This document shows positions 20,981-29,914 of a stretch of 64,000 nucleotides of DNA, piece by piece. The stretch is taken from positions 123,936-187,935 of IMG/VR virus record IMGVR_UViG_3300047560_001714, one strand, 5' to 3'. The DNA is from a virus. Under the pieces are notes generated by a model, which saw only the letters and a program-made list of their open reading frames with translations, was not told the origin of the DNA and did no database searches. Numbering within the stretch: the stretch's first letter is position 1; every line of letters starts with the position of its first letter. The translations under genes and the position numbers were made by a program.

Positions 20981-22017
20981 AAAAACTTGGCAGAGTATTT
21001 AATCACGTAGAAGATTTAACCTTTTTCTACGGGTCGGCGGGTGCGCGTGAAGCACTACAACATTTAACTGAAATTTGTGAATCACCACACCAACTTAGAA
21101 TGAAATGGGACGGTGGATGCCAAGTATATTGGGGCAGAGACGACAATAACAACTTTGTTATGGCTAGTCACAATAGTTGGGCCAGAGGAGTTGCCGCATA
21201 TACCGCTGAAGATATGGAAACCTTTATTGCTGATAACAGTGGCACTAAATCAGAACAACGTGATGCGTTTGCAAAGCAATATTCGCAACTATTTGGCATT
21301 CTTGAACAAGTTACCCCATTGCAAAGTGGATTTTATTACGCAGATGTATTATTTTACGAAAAACAGCTGCAGAGTAACTCGTATGATCTATATCCAAACT
21401 CAAAAACTGGATATCATATCAAAAAAAACACAACTATTGGGCAAATAATACCAGAATTGCAAGCATTGATGGTGTGTCATGGGTTTTTTGACGAATTTGG
21501 CGAACCTGATTCAGCACAACAGCCTATAAGTTTTGAATATTCAAAACCACCAATTGTTATTTTACCAGCCTATTACAACAAAACAGTACCATTTGTTAAT
21601 TTTCATGCACTCGACCATCTTATTAATATCAGTGATAAGGTAATTGATGAATTTCTGCAACCAATTGCTGGTGTAAGTGCATTTAAAGATTATTTGTATC
21701 AATATTCAAACTATAAAGCAAAAAGATATGAACTTGATACCCTTGGTCAAGATTTTGAACAATGGGTTTCAACAAGTAAACTTAGTTCTAACCAAAAATC
21801 TAAGATATTGGCTAGAAACTCTGAAACCAATGGTGCATCTATACTATTCAATGTTGTAAATCAGATACGAATGTTAAAAAATACAATAATTGACCAGTTA
21901 GAAACCACAATTGGTGATATTAAAGTAACTAATCCAGAAGGATGGGTTAGATATGCAGACACCACTAAACAATTTGGAAATATTAAACTAGTACCGAGGC
22001 ACACATGGCAACCATAG
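20977..22017 (+). CDS. RNA-ligase/capping-like covalent nucleotidyltransferase (DUF6267-like)
   Basis: Motif I KWDG, motif IV EGWV, motif V KLVPR. Confidence 0.6.
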   Translation: MKKLGRVFNHVEDLTFFYGSAGAREALQHLTEICESPHQLRMKWDGGCQVYWGRDDNNNFVMASHNSWARGVAAYTAEDMETFIADNSGTKSEQRDAFAKQYSQLFGILEQVTPLQSGFYYADVLFYEKQLQSNSYDLYPNSKTGYHIKKNTTIGQIIPELQALMVCHGFFDEFGEPDSAQQPISFEYSKPPIVILPAYYNKTVPFVNFHALDHLINISDKVIDEFLQPIAGVSAFKDYLYQYSNYKAKRYELDTLGQDFEQWVSTSKLSSNQKSKILARNSETNGASILFNVVNQIRMLKNTIIDQLETTIGDIKVTNPEGWVRYADTTKQFGNIKLVPRHTWQP

Positions 22018-22547
22018 GAATTAATTTTGGCAGATTTAACCCACCACACATTGGTCACATTAAAATGTGGGAATCTTTAATAAATGATAACGATTTTGCA
22101 TATATTGGACATAACCCAAACACAGTAAACAGTGATAACCCATTACCAGCAGATGAAAAAGAAACAGTAATTAAGACATTATGTCCAATAATTAAACAAC
22201 TTTACCAATCTAGTACGTTATTGACATTAGCATCACAAGCATATAGCGATACGAAGTTACTTAACGAACCATTGGAACTAAATGTGTATTCAGATGAAGA
22301 CTGGTTGATTACTGCTATTAGGTTATACAACAATAATGAAAATATGCATGGATATTTTAAATTTGACACTATCAATCAAGTTAAAACTGAACGAATTACG
22401 TCATCGACCGCTGTTAAGGAAGCAGTAACTAATGATGATAGAGAAGCATTTACATTCGCATCAGGATTTGATGCAGATACGCTAATTCAGATAAATACCA
22501 AAGGCATTAAGTTCTTTGACCTAGTGAGAGAACATATGAAAACTTAG
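22005..22547 (+). CDS. HIGH-motif cytidylyl/adenylyltransferase (NadD/CoaD-like fold)
   Basis: FGRFNPPHIGH and ITSSTAVK (ISST-type motif). Confidence 0.8.
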   Translation: MATIGINFGRFNPPHIGHIKMWESLINDNDFAYIGHNPNTVNSDNPLPADEKETVIKTLCPIIKQLYQSSTLLTLASQAYSDTKLLNEPLELNVYSDEDWLITAIRLYNNNENMHGYFKFDTINQVKTERITSSTAVKEAVTNDDREAFTFASGFDADTLIQINTKGIKFFDLVREHMKT

Positions 22548-22555
22548 GATATTTA

Positions 22556-23233
22556 ATGAAGTTACGTGAATTATTTAACAATGAAGTACTTGACGAGATG
22601 TCAATGCTCATTGGACCAGTGTCTGATTCAAAGTTGTATGACCCAGTATCAAATCATACAATTTATAAAACATATAAATCAAAAGCAGACATTATTGGTA
22701 AACTCAATAATAATATTACATTATACTATTGCACACGCGGTGGCCGCAATGCATACATGGCTGTTTATAGTGAAGGGAAACCTAACGATGAACAAATAGC
22801 TTATTTAATGGAATATTCCCGCGATACAAACCCACCTATTGGTCCACACGCCGTACAAAAATGGTTGTGGACCAATCCTAAATATCGTAATCTAATCGGT
22901 GATCTACCTACCAAGATATTCTTTGAATTAATTGACGATTATCATACCGTTACCGCCGATTTAGAACAAACCCCCGCTGGCCGTGATTTTTGGATGCGCA
23001 AAATAAAGCAAGCATTTGGTCGTGGATTAAATGTGTATTACGTCGATTTTGAAAAAAATGATTTAATACAATTGCGAACCCCTGCTGACATGAACCGAAT
23101 AAACTTTACGCATGGCGTATGGACCCCAGCTGAATCATCTCTCGATAAAGTTTTTGCAATCTCAACTAAAAAACTCACTAAACCAAAGTTCGCACCAACT
23201 AAACCAGCAAACCCGTTAGGAATAAAATTATGA
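22556..23233 (+). CDS. GNAT-like acetyltransferase with (L)xE leader
   Basis: WTNPKYRNLIG (motif A-like) and TADLEQTPAGRDFW (motif B-like); leader MKLRELFNNEVLDE. Confidence 0.5.
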   Translation: MKLRELFNNEVLDEMSMLIGPVSDSKLYDPVSNHTIYKTYKSKADIIGKLNNNITLYYCTRGGRNAYMAVYSEGKPNDEQIAYLMEYSRDTNPPIGPHAVQKWLWTNPKYRNLIGDLPTKIFFELIDDYHTVTADLEQTPAGRDFWMRKIKQAFGRGLNVYYVDFEKNDLIQLRTPADMNRINFTHGVWTPAESSLDKVFAISTKKLTKPKFAPTKPANPLGIKL

Positions 23234-24027
23234 GAGCAAGAGAATTTATATTCGAAGCAGCAATCCATGATGCTCCACCAAATGCCGTTAGTCAAGAAGA
23301 AAAACACCGATTGGCACCAAATGGACAACCAAGTAACTTGAACCCAGTTCAATATGTTCAAGTTAGAACACCTGCCTTCAAATCATGGTTCGGTAACTGG
23401 GAATCGAGTAAAACATGCAGTAAAATCCTAGATGAAAATGGTGAACCACAGGTAATGTATCACGGAACATCAGCTGATATTGCCGAATTCTCAAGTGAGT
23501 TTCTTGGTACAGGAGTGGATCAATATGGCTCTGGTTTTTATTTTACTAGTGCAAAACACACAGCATCTGGATATGCAAATGAAACTGGTGCAGTATACCC
23601 CACTTTTTTAAATGTTAGAAAACCATTACTGAATACAAAACTTGGTAGATTATCATACACACAAATTCAAAGTATTATAATGCTTTCACCAGATTTAGAT
23701 GATTCACTTGCCAATTACGGTGATGTAAAGTATGAAGGCAAACATAAAGTAATGCGTGAAGCAATCATGGCGCATTTTGAATATCAAGATGGATCGACCA
23801 CTATATTAGAAACATTACACGCATTAGGCAATGACTTTTTCAAAAATAGTGCCAGTGCGTTTTTACAAGCAATCAAACAAGTATTAAAATATGACGGGGT
23901 TATGGTCAAATTCGACAATGAAATATTTGTGGTTGCATTTGAATCAAATCAAATTAAATCTGCAATTGGTAACACTGGTGGATTTAAACGCAAGGTAAAT
24001 ACCATGACCAGCGAGGAATCACAATGA
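23230..24027 (+). CDS. ADP-ribosyltransferase-like protein (ART-PolyVal/MuF-type)
   Basis: FKSWFGNWE..SKILDENGEPQVMYHGT, GFYFT, YDGV...EIFVVAF..NQIKS; leader MRAREFIFE. Confidence 0.7.
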   Translation: MRAREFIFEAAIHDAPPNAVSQEEKHRLAPNGQPSNLNPVQYVQVRTPAFKSWFGNWESSKTCSKILDENGEPQVMYHGTSADIAEFSSEFLGTGVDQYGSGFYFTSAKHTASGYANETGAVYPTFLNVRKPLLNTKLGRLSYTQIQSIIMLSPDLDDSLANYGDVKYEGKHKVMREAIMAHFEYQDGSTTILETLHALGNDFFKNSASAFLQAIKQVLKYDGVMVKFDNEIFVVAFESNQIKSAIGNTGGFKRKVNTMTSEESQ

Positions 24028-25649
24028 GAGATATATTAAATAAACTTCAATCCATTGATGATATAGAAATGGACGAGGCCCCGCTTCCTCCAGAATGGGA
24101 TAAAGAAGTTTTCAAACCTGATTGGAACAAAGGTGTAAAGACACCAAATCAAGTATACAAAGAACGAATTAAGTATGCAGTAGAAAGAGCACAGAAACTA
24201 GGTAAAGGTTCATCGAGAACTGCGTTTGACATTGAATACGAAGGACGAGCAACCGTGCTTAAAGTCGCACATAATGCAAAAGGTATGGCGCAAAATGCCG
24301 CAGAAGCATCTGTGCTAAATGATGGATATATTGAGAGTATCGGAATTGTTATACCGCTAATTGACTACGATGAAGAACACAACCCACCAGTATGGATACA
24401 CACTGAAAAAGCAACCAAAGCAACACAGAAACAACTTTGCAGCATCATGAAATGCGGTACTCTTGAAAATTTGATTACGCTTGTTAAAATCAATGTTGGG
24501 GAACTTATGTATAGCTATACCCGAACACTAGATGAAATTCGCCAGCAATATAAATTATCAGACGACGATGTTGAAACATTGGAAGAATATGTCAATCTGG
24601 TGTCAGATTTATCAACTGGTAAAAAAGATCTTTTACTAGCAGATTTTACATTACCTGGTAACTGGGGGTTATACAATGGTAATCCGGTTATTGTTGACGT
24701 TGGCTTTACCACTGGTGTACGCCAGGCGCATTACTTCCGTGAAAATAGAGATAATAAAATGAGAGATATATTAGACAAATTAGAAAAAATTCAACTAACT
24801 GAAAGTATTCAATTAGATGAAAAATCAGTATCAAAGAACCAACAACAATTTATGGGTATGGTTCACGCTGCACAAAAAGGTGAAAAACCTGCGAGTAAAG
24901 AAGTTGCAAAAGTCGCTAAATCAATGAAGAAAAAAGATGTAACAGACTTTGCAAAAACTAAACACAAAGGTTTACCAACCAAAGTCGAAACAACAAAACA
25001 CATTCCAGATGAAGATGAAATGGCTGATGAAGAATTGTCAATGTTTTCAAGACATAACGTTGGTACACGTCGCGGTAGAGGGCAAGGGGATAACCCTTGG
25101 AATAAACTGCATAAACATGGGCGCGGTATGAAAGGTCGTACTAGAAAAGATGTAAAAGAGGAAGACGTTTCAGAAGAATGCGCAGCTGTTGGTACTATTA
25201 CTAAACAAAATACAACAAAAGATGTTAATAAAAAAACACCACAAAAAAACTTAGATGCATTCAATTTAGAAGAAGCATTAATTGATATGTATAACTCTTT
25301 GATGGAAGGTGGTATTCATCGCTTGTCAAAAGAAGCACAGAATAGTATAAAAGGTGCGGTAACAACACCAGACGCAAATAACAATGCCGGGGATGCATAT
25401 AAATCATACCGGTTTGGATTAGCATTGGCTGGTGCGCCAGACTATCCAACAAAAGCAGTGAATGATATTGGCGGTGATCCTTTGTTAACAACTTATACCG
25501 ATGAAGAAATGAAAATGGTTCAATATGCTGGAAAACAAGTTGGGGTTGGACAAATCAAACGCCTTACATCAAATAGAAGTAAAGAACGCGATGATACTAA
25601 CACACAAAGTGCAATATCACCAGCAAAGAAAAATAAGTATGGTGTATAA
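24024..25649 (+). CDS. Fusion: N-terminal protein-kinase-like domain plus C-terminal charged internal-protein region (DUF3008-like segment)
   Basis: LGKGSSR, VLK, QNAAE, LADFTLPGN, VDVG. A second MRDIL start at 24759 is followed by KNQQQFMGMVHAAQKGEKPASKEVAKVAKSM. Confidence 0.6.
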   Translation: MRDILNKLQSIDDIEMDEAPLPPEWDKEVFKPDWNKGVKTPNQVYKERIKYAVERAQKLGKGSSRTAFDIEYEGRATVLKVAHNAKGMAQNAAEASVLNDGYIESIGIVIPLIDYDEEHNPPVWIHTEKATKATQKQLCSIMKCGTLENLITLVKINVGELMYSYTRTLDEIRQQYKLSDDDVETLEEYVNLVSDLSTGKKDLLLADFTLPGNWGLYNGNPVIVDVGFTTGVRQAHYFRENRDNKMRDILDKLEKIQLTESIQLDEKSVSKNQQQFMGMVHAAQKGEKPASKEVAKVAKSMKKKDVTDFAKTKHKGLPTKVETTKHIPDEDEMADEELSMFSRHNVGTRRGRGQGDNPWNKLHKHGRGMKGRTRKDVKEEDVSEECAAVGTITKQNTTKDVNKKTPQKNLDAFNLEEALIDMYNSLMEGGIHRLSKEAQNSIKGAVTTPDANNNAGDAYKSYRFGLALAGAPDYPTKAVNDIGGDPLLTTYTDEEMKMVQYAGKQVGVGQIKRLTSNRSKERDDTNTQSAISPAKKNKYGV

Positions 25650-25946
25650 ATGAGACAAATAAGAATAACTACTGCTGACTTACTACCAGCCGAAGATAAC
25701 GATTGCTATTTGTCACCAGATGATCCAATCCATGAACTTAAAAAAGCAAGTATGTTAGGTGGGTTAGGAAGTGCAGATGCATTGGCAAAATACGATAATT
25801 CAAGTTTACCAACTATTGTTGGTAATAACAATGCACAAATTATGCGTGAACAAAATATAAAACCAGGTACAGAAGAATGGTTTAAACTTTGGTTCTCGAA
25901 ACCTAACTTAACTGGAAGTACAGATGAAAATAGCAGAAATTATTAA
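25650..25946 (+). CDS. Hypothetical protein
   Basis: 98 aa, abuts the upstream stop; IKPGTEEWFKLWF motif. Confidence 0.55.
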   Translation: MRQIRITTADLLPAEDNDCYLSPDDPIHELKKASMLGGLGSADALAKYDNSSLPTIVGNNNAQIMREQNIKPGTEEWFKLWFSKPNLTGSTDENSRNY

Positions 25947-26112
25947 AGAAACCGCAACCACGGGTGCAACCTCATCATCTGATGTTAGCATCGGTAATGC
26001 AACTTACCCAAATAAAAAAGCCTCACGTAAAGGAAAAAACCCAGATGGTACAAAAAAGAATGCTATTGATAGCAACGTTAACCTATTCACTGGGGAATGC
26101 CTTAAACGATGA
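25924..26112 (+). CDS. Small putative internal head protein (MKIAEIIKE leader)
   Basis: Leader ending in IKE; basic remainder. Confidence 0.5.
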   Translation: MKIAEIIKETATTGATSSSDVSIGNATYPNKKASRKGKNPDGTKKNAIDSNVNLFTGECLKR

Positions 26113-26118
26113 TAAATA
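26112..26118 (+). promoter_or_regulatory. T4-like late promoter core ATAAATA
   Basis: About 20 nt upstream of ATG 26138, which has a GGAG SD. Confidence 0.55.
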
Positions 26119-26137
26119 CTAGATACTGGAGTTAATT

Positions 26138-27214
26138 ATGACAACTAAACGAAATACCACTCAGTCATTATCTGAGTTTGCGCCACCTGCGGTGGTTGAA
26201 CCACAAGCTGTATCAACACTACCTGATGGTGGAACTGATAAAGAGGGTGCAATGGCGAAAGCTGATCTTTTTAAATTATCGAATTACAGTTATCGATTAT
26301 TTAAAAAAATTGAAGACAACGATCAATTAGAATCTTGGGTTCAAGCAAAAATTACCAAAGCTGCTGATTATATTGCATCAGTGTACCACTACTTAGAATA
26401 CGAAATGAAGTTTTCTGAATATGGTCACAAATTAGATAATAGCGATGTACTATCAGAAAATCAAAAAACTGAATTACGAAATAAATTAACTGAAGCACGT
26501 GCGTCAATTAAAGCTCTTAAATTAGCGCAAGCACAAAAAATGGATGAAGCAAAGAATCCAAAAACTGACAAAGCTGATAAAGATTATGATGATGATGGTG
26601 AGATTGAATCTTCAAAAGATGAAGTAATCGGTAGTCGTCGTAAAGCGGCTGGACTTGATGAAACAGTTACCCCTGTTACGAAAACACCAAAGATTGCTGA
26701 TAAAAAAGGCGGCAATACACCAGGTGCCCCTAAGAAAAAAGGCACAGGCGGCGATGAGTTTAAAAAAGCCCTTGAAAAAGAAATGAAAGAAGGTGCGGAA
26801 AAACCTAGTGCAGATCTTTCTAAAAAAGAAAAATCATCAGTTGCAAAAAAAGCACAAAAAGGTGGTGACATTGGTAAACCAGGTAAAAACTTTGATAAAG
26901 TAGCTAAAAAAGCTGGTGGTGGTGAAAAAGGTAAAAAAATTGCTGCCGCTGCAATGTGGAAAAATATCAAAGAAAGTGCTGAAATGGCGTTTGGTGAAGG
27001 CGTATATGAAACTGGTACCGATGAATGCATGATGTCAAAAGAAGCTAAGAAAGAACCAGCTATGAAACATAATGTAATTAGCAAAGGTAATTTTAAAAAA
27101 TTAGAAAAATCAGGCAAAACACCATTTAAAATTGAAGATGCATCTGAGGAAAACGTTGAACAAATCAATGAATCCACCGAACTTTCTACAATCAAAATGT
27201 TGAGTGGTTTATAA
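26138..27214 (+). CDS. K/E-rich putative prohead core/internal protein
   Basis: Highly charged; many (L/I/M)xE sites; C-terminus INESTELSTIKMLSGL. Confidence 0.6.
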   Translation: MTTKRNTTQSLSEFAPPAVVEPQAVSTLPDGGTDKEGAMAKADLFKLSNYSYRLFKKIEDNDQLESWVQAKITKAADYIASVYHYLEYEMKFSEYGHKLDNSDVLSENQKTELRNKLTEARASIKALKLAQAQKMDEAKNPKTDKADKDYDDDGEIESSKDEVIGSRRKAAGLDETVTPVTKTPKIADKKGGNTPGAPKKKGTGGDEFKKALEKEMKEGAEKPSADLSKKEKSSVAKKAQKGGDIGKPGKNFDKVAKKAGGGEKGKKIAAAAMWKNIKESAEMAFGEGVYETGTDECMMSKEAKKEPAMKHNVISKGNFKKLEKSGKTPFKIEDASEENVEQINESTELSTIKMLSGL

Positions 27215-27215
27215 A

Positions 27216-27800
27216 ATGGATATGAAGAAAATTCTTCAAGCGTTATCAGAACCTTCTGTACCCAAAGAGGGTTCTGATTCTATGAAGAAATTTATTGGTA
27301 TCATAAACGAGGGGGCATCACCCCATAAAGTTAGCTTACCAGTTCAAATGGCAATGAATCACTATTCTACACCAGTTGAAAAACCAAAACCAGCCACTCT
27401 TTCATTATTTACAAAATACATAGCTGAAGCTGATGCGGCAATCGTCAAACAAAAGAATGATGAGTATATTGCAAAACGTAACATAACAAATCAGTATGCA
27501 AAATATATCGCTGAACGCGTATTGATGAAAGATTCGATCCCTGGCCATTCCCCTGGATTTACTGGTGGGGTGGGACCTGGTATTCAACCAGCAATGGAGG
27601 AACACGATAATCCCAAAGATGTGGTTAGTATGGATATTCCATTGCTAATACGGTTGCTCGAATACGCGCGGGAAGATGCCCAAACTGATATGGACCTGCA
27701 TAATGTTACGGAAAAATTGATAGAATTAAGTGGCAATGGTGATGTTTTATCGATGCATGAATACGATATAATTGTAAACAATGCTAACAAACGGAAATAA
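27216..27800 (+). CDS. Putative internal head protein
   Basis: MDMKKILQALSE leader; IINE site. Confidence 0.55.
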   Translation: MDMKKILQALSEPSVPKEGSDSMKKFIGIINEGASPHKVSLPVQMAMNHYSTPVEKPKPATLSLFTKYIAEADAAIVKQKNDEYIAKRNITNQYAKYIAERVLMKDSIPGHSPGFTGGVGPGIQPAMEEHDNPKDVVSMDIPLLIRLLEYAREDAQTDMDLHNVTEKLIELSGNGDVLSMHEYDIIVNNANKRK

Positions 27801-27801
27801 T

Positions 27802-29556
27802 ATGAAACAAAATAATATAAATGCCGCCGAGTATGCACAGCAAATGTCAATTTCATCGAATATGGCGAACGCATTGGTTGAGAGTTTTGGATATGAACCA
27901 CAATTAGACGAACTTTCAATGCAAGATCTAGGTGATTTTGGGCGTGGTGCGCTAAGTGGTGCAACCTTTGGATTTAATAAAAATATAGCGGCGGGTGCCA
28001 ATAGTTTATTCAAAGGTACTAAGTATAAAGATGAACTTCAAAAACAAGTACAAGCTGACCGTGAAGCCGAAATGAGAAGTCCAAAAGCATACAATGCTGG
28101 CGACATCGCGGGGGCGGTAGCAATGCCAATTCCTGGCGCAACCGCATTAAAAGGTGCAATGGCAGCTGGAAAACTTGGAAAAACTGCAATGGCTGCATCA
28201 AACCTGGGTAAAGCTGCGACAATTGGTGGTAAAACAGCCGCTATAGGTGGAAAAGCGGCCTACCAAGGCATTGGCTCAATGACCGGTAAAGCTGCCTCGG
28301 ATGCATTATCCGCACACACCCTAGGTGATACCGATAAAATTATGCAATTGCAACAAGAAATCGGGACCACCCCGGATGGGAAATTTGGGCCTAAATCAAA
28401 AGCAAAATTAAAAGCATGGCAAGCGGCAAATAATTTACCAGTTACTGGTGTACCAGATGCAGCTACAATGGACGTCCTTGGTCTTGCCGAGAGTATTGCT
28501 AGAATGGAAAAACGTCTTCAAGAAAGTTTTGCGGAAGGTCTTGGTGATAAAATTATTGGGTGGGGCGCAAAAGCTGCCAAAGATGCGTTTACTAAAGGTA
28601 GTTCTGGGTTTGGTAAAGCAAAACCATTCATTAGAAACGTCCCAAGTAACGCCTCAGTACCAGCAACATCATCAAAAGCCGGTGAATTCATTCCAAAATC
28701 AAATTTACCTGCGACAGCAGCCCAAGCTGCTGAAAAAGACGCAATTGATTCAACCGCTACTGGTTTTAATGTCGCAAAATCATCAAAAGATGGTGAATTC
28801 ATTCCAAAATCAAACTTACCTGCGAAAGCAGCCCAAGCGGGTGAAAAGGATGCAATTGATTCAACCGCTACTGGGTTTAACGTAGCAAAAACACCGCCAA
28901 CCACTGGCGAATATATACCAAGTATGAAAGTCGGTGGAAAAACCGCAAATGTTGATAAAAATATCGCGGATGGTTCATTTAGAGAAATTGAACAAAAAGC
29001 ATTGGGTGATAATAGATTATCATCTGCTGATAAAGTATCAATTAATAAGAACGGTATTAAAGATTGGATTACTAAAAACCCTAAAAAAGCAAGTATGCTA
29101 GGATATCTAGGGTTAATCGCGGCGTCAAATCTTGGCGATAATGACACCCCGCCCGGTATGCCTGGAATGGCTAAATCGGCACCAGGAATGCCCGGAATGG
29201 CTAAATCGGCACCAGGAATGCCCGGAATAGCTAAATCGGAACCAACCGCTCCTGTCTCACCAAAAGTTGACGACTTAGGCGGACCATCTGATATGGATAA
29301 AGTGTTTCCAAAAACTGTAAAAGCTAATCCAAAATCAGCACAACCACATATTAGAAGTAAACCACACGCACCCACACCACCAACTGGTGATCCACAAATA
29401 AAACAATGGCAACGGTTATTGAATGCGAACGGTGCCAACTTAAAAGTCGATGGGAAATATAGTCCAGAGATGCAATCAGCATACGAGAAAATATTCCCAC
29501 AATATCAACGCGAATCAAAAGAGCTAGAACGAATAGTTCAATTATCACGCAGATAA
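27802..29556 (+). CDS. Putative internal/ejection protein with two peptidoglycan-binding-like modules and internal repeats
   Basis: LQQEIGTTPDGKFGPKS...WQAANNLPVTG and WQRLLNANGANLKVDGKY resemble PG_binding_1; G/A-rich helices. Confidence 0.6.
   Translation: MKQNNINAAEYAQQMSISSNMANALVESFGYEPQLDELSMQDLGDFGRGALSGATFGFNKNIAAGANSLFKGTKYKDELQKQVQADREAEMRSPKAYNAGDIAGAVAMPIPGATALKGAMAAGKLGKTAMAASNLGKAATIGGKTAAIGGKAAYQGIGSMTGKAASDALSAHTLGDTDKIMQLQQEIGTTPDGKFGPKSKAKLKAWQAANNLPVTGVPDAATMDVLGLAESIARMEKRLQESFAEGLGDKIIGWGAKAAKDAFTKGSSGFGKAKPFIRNVPSNASVPATSSKAGEFIPKSNLPATAAQAAEKDAIDSTATGFNVAKSSKDGEFIPKSNLPAKAAQAGEKDAIDSTATGFNVAKTPPTTGEYIPSMKVGGKTANVDKNIADGSFREIEQKALGDNRLSSADKVSINKNGIKDWITKNPKKASMLGYLGLIAASNLGDNDTPPGMPGMAKSAPGMPGMAKSAPGMPGIAKSEPTAPVSPKVDDLGGPSDMDKVFPKTVKANPKSAQPHIRSKPHAPTPPTGDPQIKQWQRLLNANGANLKVDGKYSPEMQSAYEKIFPQYQRESKELERIVQLSRR
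28681..28902 (+). repeat. 111-bp (37 aa) tandem duplication
   Basis: GGTGAATTCATTCCAAAATCAAA at 28681 and 28792. Confidence 0.9.
29152..29241 (+). repeat. 30-bp tandem repeat x3 (PGMPG(M/I)AKS(A/E))
   Basis: Visible directly in DNA and protein. Confidence 0.9.
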
Positions 29557-29559
29557 TAC

Positions 29560-29583
29560 AATGGGGTCTATGACCCCATTTTT
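29560..29583 (+). terminator. Intrinsic terminator ending the internal-protein block
   Basis: AATGGGGTC-tat-GACCCCATT plus T run. Confidence 0.7.
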
Positions 29584-29597
29584 AATTCAAAAATAGC

Positions 29598-29625
29598 TTG
29601 ACATCTAACAAATTTTTGATATAAT
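29598..29625 (+). promoter_or_regulatory. Sigma70 promoter with extended -10
   Basis: TTGACA-N16-TATAAT with TGn. Confidence 0.7.
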
Positions 29626-29659
29626 ATACACTCTTTCAACGAACCACTAAAGGAAACAC

Positions 29660-29914
29660 ATGAGTAGAGCATATGGCCCTGAAGAAAAATCAAAACTCGA
29701 TAAATTAATTAACGAAGGTGGTACGATACTTCGTGAAATTGATGATTTAAGAGAAAGCCTTAAAGATACAGTTAAGGCGGTTGCTGAAGAATTACAAATT
29801 AAACCAGCAGTAATTAATAAAGCAATTAAAATTGCACACAAAGGCGATTTCCAAACTCATAATGAAGATTGGGAAGAAGTTGAAGCAATTTTAGATATTA
29901 CAAAACGTATTTAA
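29660..29914 (+). CDS. Small DNA-binding protein (T4 DsbA/GapR-like)
   Basis: 84 aa, helical; LREIDDLRESLKDTVKAVAEEL.IKPAVINKAIKI. Confidence 0.45.
   Translation: MSRAYGPEEKSKLDKLINEGGTILREIDDLRESLKDTVKAVAEELQIKPAVINKAIKIAHKGDFQTHNEDWEEVEAILDITKRI

Noticed and set aside
28518-29438. 306-aa antisense ORF
   Set aside because: It mirrors the codon bias and repeats of 27802-29556 and has no RBS or promoter.
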